From: Gemmatimonadales bacterium
GTDB taxonomy: Bacteria; Gemmatimonadota; Gemmatimonadetes; Gemmatimonadales; GWC2-71-9
Reading direction: 5' to 3'
DNA length: 64,000 nt
NCBI GenBank assembly: GCA_041577295.1
Contig: JBFGJG010000002.1
Coordinates: 1-64,000, forward strand
Shown: positions 48,622 to 56,752 of the stretch, piece by piece
How the letters are laid out: every line of letters starts with the position of its first letter
How positions within the stretch are numbered: the first letter of the stretch is position 1
Translations under genes and position numbers: made by a program
The notes under the pieces: generated by a model
The model's database searches: none
Told to the model about the DNA's origin: nothing
What the model saw: the letters and a program-made list of their open reading frames with translations, nothing else

Positions 48622-49749
48622 ATGGCGGTTCGGCAGCCCACCCCCACACCGGTCGCAACGGCCCAGACTCCCCTCTCCGGAGAGCCCCGAGCCGTGCAGC
48701 CATCCGCGACCCCGTCGGCCATGACCGACCGGTTGTTCTGCCAAGCCATGCTCCCCAAGGTCTCTCGGACATTCGCCGTGTGCATTCGACTGCTCCCTCC
48801 CAAGCTGGAGCATTCGGTGCTCGTCGCCTATCTCCTGTGCCGGATTGCTGACACCATCGAGGATACCACGACGCTGGGGGGAAGCGACAAGGCGCGTCTG
48901 CTCGACGACTTTCGCGGCTGCCTCCACGGCGAAGGGGAGGCCACGTCGTTGCGCGAGGCATTCGACGGCGCGACGAGCGACGAAGAGCGTCTTGCGCACG
49001 ATGCGGATTCCGTCCTCCGCGAATATCGACACCTCCCAGCAGCTCATCAGGAGGCGATCCGCCCGTTCGTCCAGGAGATGTGCACCGGCATGGCTGAGTT
49101 TGCGACACGGGAGCGGGCATCCCGGTCGGGAGATGTAGCGCTGGAAACGGTGGCGGACCTCGAGCGGTACTGCTACTACGTCGCGGGTACCGTTGGGCAT
49201 TTGCTGACCGACTTGTTCCGGCTGCAAGGGCGCTCCCTCGCGGCCGATCAGTACCACGAGCTCAAAGACCTGGCTACCAGCTTTGGCCTCGGCTTACAAC
49301 TCACCAACATCATCAAGGATGTCGCTGACGACCGGCGTCGCGGATGGACGTTCGTCCCGCGTCAACTGTGTCAGCTCGCCGGGATACGCCCCGAGGAGCT
49401 CCAGGATGAGGGTCATCGTGAGCAGGCGGGTCACGTGATGCGCCAGCTGATCGACAAGGCTAAGGGTCACCTGTGCGACGCCCTCGAGTACACCACCCGG
49501 CTGCCGCGGCGCTGGTACCGGGTCCGCCTCTTCTGTCTCACCTCGCTCTACTTCGCCGTCAACACCATCCGGTTGGCCGAACAGGATCAGCGGTTGCTCG
49601 ATCCATCGCACAAGGTCAAGATCTCGCGGTCGACCGTATACCGCACGCTGCGGATCACGAAGCTCGTCGCCCCGAGCAACGGTCTCGTGCGCGCCTATTT
49701 CCGGCACCTCGCCGGCAACGCGTGGCACTGCACCAACCCAGTCTCCTAA
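48622..49749 (+). CDS. Squalene synthase (single-enzyme FDFT1-like head-to-head prenyltransferase)
   Basis: VSRTF, LCRIADTIED, YCYYVAGTVG, GLQLTNIIKD, VKISR; start could be 48721. Confidence 0.85.
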   Translation: MAVRQPTPTPVATAQTPLSGEPRAVQPSATPSAMTDRLFCQAMLPKVSRTFAVCIRLLPPKLEHSVLVAYLLCRIADTIEDTTTLGGSDKARLLDDFRGCLHGEGEATSLREAFDGATSDEERLAHDADSVLREYRHLPAAHQEAIRPFVQEMCTGMAEFATRERASRSGDVALETVADLERYCYYVAGTVGHLLTDLFRLQGRSLAADQYHELKDLATSFGLGLQLTNIIKDVADDRRRGWTFVPRQLCQLAGIRPEELQDEGHREQAGHVMRQLIDKAKGHLCDALEYTTRLPRRWYRVRLFCLTSLYFAVNTIRLAEQDQRLLDPSHKVKISRSTVYRTLRITKLVAPSNGLVRAYFRHLAGNAWHCTNPVS

Positions 49750-49787
49750 TCTCGCGTCAGGCGGTGACGCCGACATAGCTTTCAATA

Positions 49788-51422
49788 ATGTCGGTGCCCG
49801 ACACACCCGAGCCGCTTTATCGAGGCTCCTATTTCGTAGACGCCAGCACCCGCGCGGCCTATAGCGAGGGCGCAGGACCCCTTCGCATCGTTCCGGCCGC
49901 TGTGGCGATCCCATGCGACGTGCCGGACCTTGTCCGACTGATCCACCACGCTCGGACTCGAGGTTTGCCACTCACACCTCGCGGTGCCGCCAGCGGCATG
50001 CCGGGAGGGAACCTCGGATCGGGAATCGTGGTGGACCTCCAGTCGTTCGATCGGACCATGGTGTTTGGACCGGACCGCACCGTCATTGTCGGTGCGTCGG
50101 TCACATGGGGCGAGCTCGCTCAGGCAGCCGGCTCGCGCGGACTCCGGTTGCCACCAGACCCTTCCAGCGGCCGATTCTGCACGATTGGCGGAATGGTCTC
50201 CACAAACGCCGCCGGCCCGCAGAGCGTGAAATACGGAAGCATTCGACCGTGGGTTCGTGGCATCGAGATCGTCACGGCCGATGGCGAGGTCACGTGGCTC
50301 CGGCGTGGGGCTGAACCAGACGCCGAGATCCAGGCAGTTCATCGCTTCGAACGCGGCGTCGGGCCAACCCTTCGCAAGAGCGCAGTCAGCGTCCGAGCGG
50401 CCTTCCCTCGTACAACCAAGAACTCAGCGGGATACGCCCTAGACCATTACGTCGAGCGGGGGGACCTCCTCGACCTCGTCATCGGATCGGAAGGAACGCT
50501 CGTTGTGGTCACCCGAATCGAGCTTCAGCTAATCGCGCTTCCGGAGTCGGAGGCTGCGATCCTCATCGCGCTCGACGATCTGGCAGCCATGAGCCCCGTG
50601 GTGGCGCTCCTCCGTGATTACGATCCGTCCGGGGTCGAGTTGATGGACCGGACCCTGCTCCACCTCGGGGGAGCCGCGGTACCGCTCCGCCTCCACGACG
50701 TCGAGGCGCTGTTGTTGGTTCGTCTGGAGCGTTCCAGTGATCACGAGCTTCACCAGTCGGTAAACCGGGCAAGTGCGGCGCTCGCACCGCTCGCCCAGTT
50801 CGTCGAAACGGCCACTACCGCCGCAGAACTCACCCGCCTGTGGAGCATCCGGCACGCGGCGAGTCCAGCGCTTGCCAGCCTTCCCGAAACGCGCCGCTCG
50901 CTTCAGATCGTCGAGGACGGCTGCGTGCCCGTCTCCGCCCTCGGCCGGTATATCGCCGGCGTGCGTCAAGCAGCCGAGGACGTGGGGATCGAGATCGTCG
51001 CGTTCGGACACGCTGGGGACGGGCACCTGCATGTCAATGCGCTGACGGACCTCACACGATCCGATTATCGCACCGCACTCGAGGACCTTTACGAGCGAGT
51101 CACGGACCTGGTGATCACCTTGGGCGGAACACCCAGCGGCGAGCACGGTGACGGCCGCGTCCGAGCGCCTGCGATCCAACGCGTGTACGATCCCGCGGTG
51201 ATCGACCTGTTCCGGAGTGTAAGAGCCGCGTTCGATCCGAATTCAGTGCTCAATCCCGGGACGATTCTCCCCGACGAGACTTTGCCTCTAGATCGGTTGA
51301 AGGTGGGAGCGCAGGCCACACCGATCCCTGCCGAGATCGCTCGCGGTCTTCGGGAGATGGAGCGGGCCGGCGGCTGGGGGAGGGCCAAGAGCGAACTGGC
51401 CGAACGGGGGATGAGCAGTTAG
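49788..51422 (+). CDS. FAD-linked oxidoreductase (GlcD/D-lactate dehydrogenase type)
   Basis: PDPSS, IGGMVSTNAAG, GSEGTL, GHAGDGHLH, GEHGDG, FDP...LNPG. Confidence 0.9.
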   Translation: MSVPDTPEPLYRGSYFVDASTRAAYSEGAGPLRIVPAAVAIPCDVPDLVRLIHHARTRGLPLTPRGAASGMPGGNLGSGIVVDLQSFDRTMVFGPDRTVIVGASVTWGELAQAAGSRGLRLPPDPSSGRFCTIGGMVSTNAAGPQSVKYGSIRPWVRGIEIVTADGEVTWLRRGAEPDAEIQAVHRFERGVGPTLRKSAVSVRAAFPRTTKNSAGYALDHYVERGDLLDLVIGSEGTLVVVTRIELQLIALPESEAAILIALDDLAAMSPVVALLRDYDPSGVELMDRTLLHLGGAAVPLRLHDVEALLLVRLERSSDHELHQSVNRASAALAPLAQFVETATTAAELTRLWSIRHAASPALASLPETRRSLQIVEDGCVPVSALGRYIAGVRQAAEDVGIEIVAFGHAGDGHLHVNALTDLTRSDYRTALEDLYERVTDLVITLGGTPSGEHGDGRVRAPAIQRVYDPAVIDLFRSVRAAFDPNSVLNPGTILPDETLPLDRLKVGAQATPIPAEIARGLREMERAGGWGRAKSELAERGMSS

Positions 51423-51479
51423 ATAGTCGATGAGGGATGGGTGCCAGTCGTTGTCCCCGGGAGTTTCGCGAGGTCGAAG

Positions 51480-52274
51480 ATGAGGCAATATCTGGATCTG
51501 TTGCAGCACGTCCTCGAGCACGGCCGGCCAAAGGCGGATCGGACCGGCACCGGCACGCTCAGCGTCTTTGGCTATCAGATGCGCTTCGATCTCAGCCGGG
51601 GCTTCCCGCTAGTCACCACGAAGAAGATCCATTTCAAGTCCGTCGTCTACGAGCTACTGTGGTTTCTGCGTGGGGACACCAATGTCCGGTATCTCAACGA
51701 ACATGGTGTCAAGATTTGGGACGAGTGGGCGGACGCGAGCGGAGACCTCGGGCCGATTTATGGGTACCAGTGGCGATCCTGGCCGACGCAGGATGGAGCT
51801 CACATCGATCAGATCTCGTCGGTGCTGGATGAGATTCGCACGAACCCAGATTCTCGGCGGCTGATCGTGAGCGCATGGAATGTGGCGGACCTGGCTCGCA
51901 TGGCGCTCGCACCCTGCCATACCTTATTCCAGTTCTTCGTACAGGATGGCCGGCTCTCCTGCCAGCTGTACCAGCGCAGCGCTGACGTGTTTCTCGGCGT
52001 ACCGTTCAACATCGCGTCGTACGCACTGCTCACGATGATGATCGCGCACGTCTCGGGCCTCCGCCCGGCCGAGTTTATCCACACGCTGGGTGATACGCAC
52101 TTGTACAACAACCATCTCGAGCAGGCACGGCTCCAGGTCACTCGACTCCCTCGCCCGCAACCGACGGTGGCACTGAACCCACGGGTGCGGTCGATCTTCG
52201 ATTTCACGTACGAGGACATCACCCTCCATGACTACGACCCCCATCCCCACATCGCGGCACGGATAGCAGTCTGA
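51480..52274 (+). CDS. thyA: Thymidylate synthase
   Basis: DRTGTGT, ELLWFL, DSRR, LAPCH, YQRSAD..LGVPFN. Confidence 0.98.
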   Translation: MRQYLDLLQHVLEHGRPKADRTGTGTLSVFGYQMRFDLSRGFPLVTTKKIHFKSVVYELLWFLRGDTNVRYLNEHGVKIWDEWADASGDLGPIYGYQWRSWPTQDGAHIDQISSVLDEIRTNPDSRRLIVSAWNVADLARMALAPCHTLFQFFVQDGRLSCQLYQRSADVFLGVPFNIASYALLTMMIAHVSGLRPAEFIHTLGDTHLYNNHLEQARLQVTRLPRPQPTVALNPRVRSIFDFTYEDITLHDYDPHPHIAARIAV

Positions 52275-52768
52275 TCGTCTCTCTCATCGCCGCAATGGCC
52301 GAGAACCGCGTCATTGGGCGAGACGGTGATGTGCCATGGTACCTCCCCGCTGACCTACGTTTCTTCAAGCGATTGACCTTGGGTCACACGGTCGTGATGG
52401 GTCGGAGGACGTTCGATTCGATCGGACGCCGCCCTCTGATCGGGCGGCGGAACATCGTCGTGACCCGCCAACCCCGGTTTGGCGCCAGCGGGGTCGAGGT
52501 CGCCCATAGCCTACCCCAAGCCCTCGAGCTCGCCGAAGGGGAGCAGGAGGTGTTCATCGCCGGTGGGGCGGACATCTACCGGATCGCACTCCCCATCGCG
52601 GACCGGCTCTACCTCACCGTCGTACACGCCGAGGTCGATGGCGACGTGCGATTCCCGGAGTTTGACACCGCCGATTGGGAGCTGGTTTCCGAAACGCGCT
52701 TTGAAGCCGACGAACGTCACGAGCATGCGTTCAGCTTCCGTCGCTACGACCGCCGGCGGCGTCTCTGA
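52271..52768 (+). CDS. folA: Dihydrofolate reductase (probable CTG start)
   Basis: (L)[34 protein letters not shown]. Confidence 0.95.
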   Translation: MIVSLIAAMAENRVIGRDGDVPWYLPADLRFFKRLTLGHTVVMGRRTFDSIGRRPLIGRRNIVVTRQPRFGASGVEVAHSLPQALELAEGEQEVFIAGGADIYRIALPIADRLYLTVVHAEVDGDVRFPEFDTADWELVSETRFEADERHEHAFSFRRYDRRRRL

Positions 52769-52773
52769 CGATC

Positions 52774-52802
52774 TCGAGCGCGCCGCTCGACCTCGATTTT
52801 TG
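52774..52802 (+). terminator. Possible terminator after folA
   Basis: TCGAGCG-cgc-CGCTCGA stem with a T-run shortly after. Confidence 0.35.
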
Positions 52803-52868
52803 TACTCGCTGACCTCCCAACGACCCTTTCGCAGCTAAGAAATCACGATCAGCATCGACGCGCCGTTG

Positions 52869-52918
52869 AAAAAAAAGCCAGAAAAACTATTGCATATCGT
52901 CGCGGCATACCTTATCGT
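52869..52918 (+). promoter_or_regulatory. Sigma70-type promoter with A-tract (UP element) for the ATP-grasp/KamA operon
   Basis: A-tracts at 52869-52886, TTGCAT (52890-52895), 17 nt, TATCGT (52913-52918). Confidence 0.6.
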
Positions 52919-52947
52919 GTTGCGCGACAACACGAAACGCGGAAACG

Positions 52948-54030
52948 ATGCGCATAGGTCTTGCTTTCAATCAGCGACCCAACGGCACCAAGTCGAATCG
53001 TTCGGCGCGGGCCGCTGCGGACGTCATCGAGACGCAGGATGCATACGTCGAGTGGGACGAGCCCGAGACCATCGATGCCGTCGCCGACGCGTTGACGTTC
53101 TTTGGCGACGTCGTCCGTCTCGAGGCCATCGGTGATTTTCCATCCCGGCTTCGTCGGGCACGGGTCGACTTTCTTTTCAACATGGCCGAGGGGGTCCGAG
53201 GTCCCAACCGCGAATCGCACGTTCCGGCGATCGCGGAGTTCCTCGGCATCCCATACTCTGCCAGTGATCCCCTGACGCTCGCGCTTTCCTTGCACAAGGG
53301 TCGAGCGAAAGAGATCTGGGCCCAGCGTGGCCTGGCGACAGCACCGTTCGTCCTGATCGAATCGGAGGCGGATCTCCCCACGCTCAAGCGGCGGCGCCGC
53401 TATCCGATGTTTCTCAAACCGGTGTGGGAGGGCTCCTCGAAGGGAATCTGCCAAGACAGTTACTGCGCGAAGCCCGGCGACGCCGTCGCGCGCAGTCGAG
53501 AGCTGCTGGCGACCTATCAGGAGCCGGTCCTCGCGGAGACGTACCTTTCCGGTGAGGAATTCACGGCCGCGATCCTGGGCAACGGCGATGAAGCGGACTG
53601 TCTCCCCCTGATCCGCTATCGGTTCGAGGCGTTGCCGGAGGGCGCACTTCCCATCATGGGCTACGAGGCAAAGTGGCTGTGGGATAAGCCGGACGAGCCG
53701 CTCGACATCCTGGAGTGTCCAGCGGAGATCTCAGAAGACATGGCCGATCAGCTTAGGAAGACGGCGCTCGCGGCGTACCGTGCGCTGGGCTGTCGCGATT
53801 GGGCACGAGTGGATCTGCGGCTCGACGCGGCGGGCGTTCCTCACGTCGTGGAGATCAACCCGCTCCCGGGCATCATCCCGGACCCGGCGGCAAACAGCTG
53901 CTTCCCTTTGGCCGCCGCGAAGGCAGGACTCACCTACCAAGAGTTGATTCAAGGCGTGGTTGGTATCGCCTGGAAGCGGCTTACGGGGGAGGAGCTCGGA
54001 GTGCCTACCCTAGCAGGAGCTGCCGGCTGA
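52948..54030 (+). CDS. ATP-grasp ligase, D-Ala-D-Ala ligase-like (A)
   Basis: FNMAEG, KPVWEGSSKGI, YEAKW, RVDLR, EINPLPG; lacks the Ddl N-terminal GGxSxE motif. Confidence 0.9.
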   Translation: MRIGLAFNQRPNGTKSNRSARAAADVIETQDAYVEWDEPETIDAVADALTFFGDVVRLEAIGDFPSRLRRARVDFLFNMAEGVRGPNRESHVPAIAEFLGIPYSASDPLTLALSLHKGRAKEIWAQRGLATAPFVLIESEADLPTLKRRRRYPMFLKPVWEGSSKGICQDSYCAKPGDAVARSRELLATYQEPVLAETYLSGEEFTAAILGNGDEADCLPLIRYRFEALPEGALPIMGYEAKWLWDKPDEPLDILECPAEISEDMADQLRKTALAAYRALGCRDWARVDLRLDAAGVPHVVEINPLPGIIPDPAANSCFPLAAAKAGLTYQELIQGVVGIAWKRLTGEELGVPTLAGAAG

Positions 54031-55052
54031 AGATCGTCGTCCTATACGACGGGGGAGCGGACGACTGGACTCCCGAGGATGTTCAGTCCGTGCTCGAACC
54101 CGTATGGGCCGTCTCCCGCGTGCTCTCGAAGGCGGGCCACAAGGTCTCCCGTGTTCGTGTGCTGCCCGACATGGCGTGGCTCGAGCCCGTCCGCAACGCC
54201 GATCTCGTCTTCAACCTGTGCGAGGGAATTGGCGGTATCAGCCATCTCGAGTACAAGGTTGCGTCGGCGATCGAGCTGACCGGTTTGCCCTTCACCGGCG
54301 CGGGTGCGTGGACGATGACGGTTTGCCATCGCAAGCCGCTGTTGAACGCAGTGCTCGAGACGGCACGACTGCCCATTCCCCAATGGTCCAATGGATCGCC
54401 TGCGACCCTCGACCGCTTTCCGCTTCCCGCCCTCGTCAAGCCGGCGGCGGAGGACGCGAGTGTCGGGATCGACCAGCGATCGGTGGTTGAGGATCGCCAA
54501 GCGCTCTATGAGCGCGTACAGGATATCGCCGCCCAGTTTCGAGAGGTCGTGGTGCAGCGGTACATCCACGGCCGTGAGCTCGCGGTTGCGTTCGTGGGAG
54601 ATCACATCCTCCCGATCTCGGAGATCGACTTTGGCGCGATGCCTCCGGGCGCTTGGCCCATCCTCTCGTTTCAGGCCAAGTGGATGCCGGGTAGTCCAGA
54701 GGACCGCGGTAGCCGGCCTGTGTGTCCGGCCAAGCTCGATCCCAAGCTCGAGCGACGGGTAGTGGCGGTCGCCCGCGCAGCGTGGCGAGCGGTACGAGGA
54801 CGGGGTTACGGCCGGATCGATCTCCGGGTGGACGGCGATGGCAAGCCGTGGATCATCGAAGTCAATCCGAACCCCGACATCTCCACGGATGCCGGGTTGG
54901 CGCGAATGGCACAGGCGGCCGGTTGGTCGTACGGGGACCTCGTGCTCAGGGTCCTCGCGGAGGCACGTGCAGAGTTGATCGTGGCGGACGAGAGTGTCGA
55001 GCGGAAGACCGCTGAGCGGCGGAAGGTGGCTGCTGGCGGAGGACTCGGGTGA
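54027..55052 (+). CDS. ATP-grasp ligase, D-Ala-D-Ala ligase-like (B) (probable CTG start)
   Basis: AGGAG RBS + CTG; FNLCEG, KPAAEDASVGI, FQAKW, RIDLR, EVNPNPD. Confidence 0.88.
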   Translation: MKIVVLYDGGADDWTPEDVQSVLEPVWAVSRVLSKAGHKVSRVRVLPDMAWLEPVRNADLVFNLCEGIGGISHLEYKVASAIELTGLPFTGAGAWTMTVCHRKPLLNAVLETARLPIPQWSNGSPATLDRFPLPALVKPAAEDASVGIDQRSVVEDRQALYERVQDIAAQFREVVVQRYIHGRELAVAFVGDHILPISEIDFGAMPPGAWPILSFQAKWMPGSPEDRGSRPVCPAKLDPKLERRVVAVARAAWRAVRGRGYGRIDLRVDGDGKPWIIEVNPNPDISTDAGLARMAQAAGWSYGDLVLRVLAEARAELIVADESVERKTAERRKVAAGGGLG

Positions 55053-55573
55053 AAGCGGTTCAACGAGCCGCCACTGCGTTGCGGGCCCCGAGCGTACGCG
55101 ATGTCGAGCGCGCGCGGGAGATCGTGGAGGAAACGGGTGTATTCCGATCAGACGAGATCGCGATCGCCGAAGAGGTTTTTCGCGAAGCCGTCGACCATCC
55201 CGGCAAGGACTACTACGCGCTCGGCGCGTTCGAGGATGATCAGCTCGTCGGATTCACCTGCTTCGGACCGACACCGTGCACTGTGGCCACGTGGGACCTG
55301 TACTGGATCGCGGTGCACCCCGACACCCATCGCTCGGGCATCGGCCGCCGCCTGATGCAGGCAGCCGAACGAGCGATCCAGACGCACGGTGGGCGTCTGG
55401 TCGTCGTCGAGACAGCATCGCGGCCGGATTACGCGCCGACCAGAGCGTTCTACGCGGCGTTGGACTATCGCCAGGCGGCACGGATCTCCGAGTACTACGC
55501 CCCCGGCGACGATTTGGTTGTGTACGTCAAACACCTCCATTCCACACCGGAAGGGGCGGTGCACAATGGCTGA
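55049..55573 (+). CDS. GNAT family N-acetyltransferase
   Basis: LYWIAVHP...HRSGIGRRLM acetyl-CoA motif, FY...Y. Confidence 0.9.
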   Translation: MKAVQRAATALRAPSVRDVERAREIVEETGVFRSDEIAIAEEVFREAVDHPGKDYYALGAFEDDQLVGFTCFGPTPCTVATWDLYWIAVHPDTHRSGIGRRLMQAAERAIQTHGGRLVVVETASRPDYAPTRAFYAALDYRQAARISEYYAPGDDLVVYVKHLHSTPEGAVHNG

Positions 55574-56720
55574 ATGGCAAAAGCTGTTTCGGCAGCGGAG
55601 CCTGACTTCCCTACAGCAGCTGGTGGATCGATTCGGGCCCGAACACTTCCCCGACCTCGATCGGTTGCAGGAGGCCGTGGACAACTTTGAGTTCCGCATC
55701 TCACCGGCAATGGTGGACCTGATCGAGGAACCGGGCGATCCGTTTTGGCGACAGTATGTGCCCGAACTGGACGAGCTCGAAGTCGTCGATGGCGTTCCCG
55801 ACAGCCTCAACGAGGACGCGGACAGCCCGGTGCCCAACATCACACACCGATATCCGGACCGAGCGCTGTTTCTGGTGAGCCCAGTTTGTGCTTCCTACTG
55901 TCGATTCTGCACGCGCCGGCGCAAGGTGGGAGATCCTGAGAAGATTCCGATGTCACAACTCGAGAGCGCCTTTCGGTACCTCGAGGAGCACGCTGAGATC
56001 CGCGATGTCATTCTCTCGGGTGGTGATCCACTCCTTCTGTCCGATCGCCGACTCGATCTGATCCTTGGACGTCTCCGAAAGATCCCGCATCTCGAAATCA
56101 TTCGTATCGGAAGCCGCGTCCCGTGTCACCTTCCGGAGCGGATCACGCCAGAGCTCTGCGAGATGCTCAAGAAGCATCACCCGCTCTACATCAACACCCA
56201 CTTCAACCACCCTGCCGAGCTTACACCCGACGCGGTCAGGTGCCTCGGGATGTTAGCCGATGCCGGCATACCCCTTGGGTGTCAGACGGTGTTGTTGCGT
56301 GGCGTGAATGACGATACCGAGATCATGACGGAGCTCATGAAAAAGCTCCTCGCGGCACGCGTGCGACCGTACTACATCTATATGTGCGACAACGTCGCTG
56401 GCGTGGAGCACTTCAAGACCAGCGTGGAGAAAGGGCTGGAAATTGTCCAGGCGTTGCGTGGCTGGACCAGCGGACTCGCGGTTCCCCATTTCGTCATCGA
56501 CGCGCCGGGTGGCGGTGGGAAGATCCCGCTCATCCCCGAGTACATTGAGGAGATCACTGAAGACGAAGTGGTCATGAAGAACTTCCGTGGCGAACGGTAC
56601 GTGTGGGCGCAGCCGCGAAAAGAGGCGGTGGTCGGTGCAGTCCTCCCCTTTGGATCAAGCTCCAGAAAGTCTCAGGCTCGCCGGGGCAAGAAGTCGGCGG
56701 TGAAGCGGCGTCGCGCATAA
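55566..56720 (+). CDS. kamA: KamA family radical SAM enzyme (lysine 2,3-aminomutase)
   Basis: HRYPDR, CASYCRFCTRRR, SGGDP, HFNHP, YMCD, DAPGGGGKIP (PLP Lys). Confidence 0.9.
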   Translation: MAEWQKLFRQRSLTSLQQLVDRFGPEHFPDLDRLQEAVDNFEFRISPAMVDLIEEPGDPFWRQYVPELDELEVVDGVPDSLNEDADSPVPNITHRYPDRALFLVSPVCASYCRFCTRRRKVGDPEKIPMSQLESAFRYLEEHAEIRDVILSGGDPLLLSDRRLDLILGRLRKIPHLEIIRIGSRVPCHLPERITPELCEMLKKHHPLYINTHFNHPAELTPDAVRCLGMLADAGIPLGCQTVLLRGVNDDTEIMTELMKKLLAARVRPYYIYMCDNVAGVEHFKTSVEKGLEIVQALRGWTSGLAVPHFVIDAPGGGGKIPLIPEYIEEITEDEVVMKNFRGERYVWAQPRKEAVVGAVLPFGSSSRKSQARRGKKSAVKRRRA

Positions 56721-56752
56721 CCGAACATCGGACGCGCGACGCCGACGCTCCG

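Noticed and set aside
55566..56720. EpmB (EF-P beta-lysylation) or lysine fermentation role for the KamA gene
   Set aside because: No efp, epmA or kamDE/kdd genes in the window; it is coupled to the ATP-grasp and GNAT genes instead (not excluded genome-wide)
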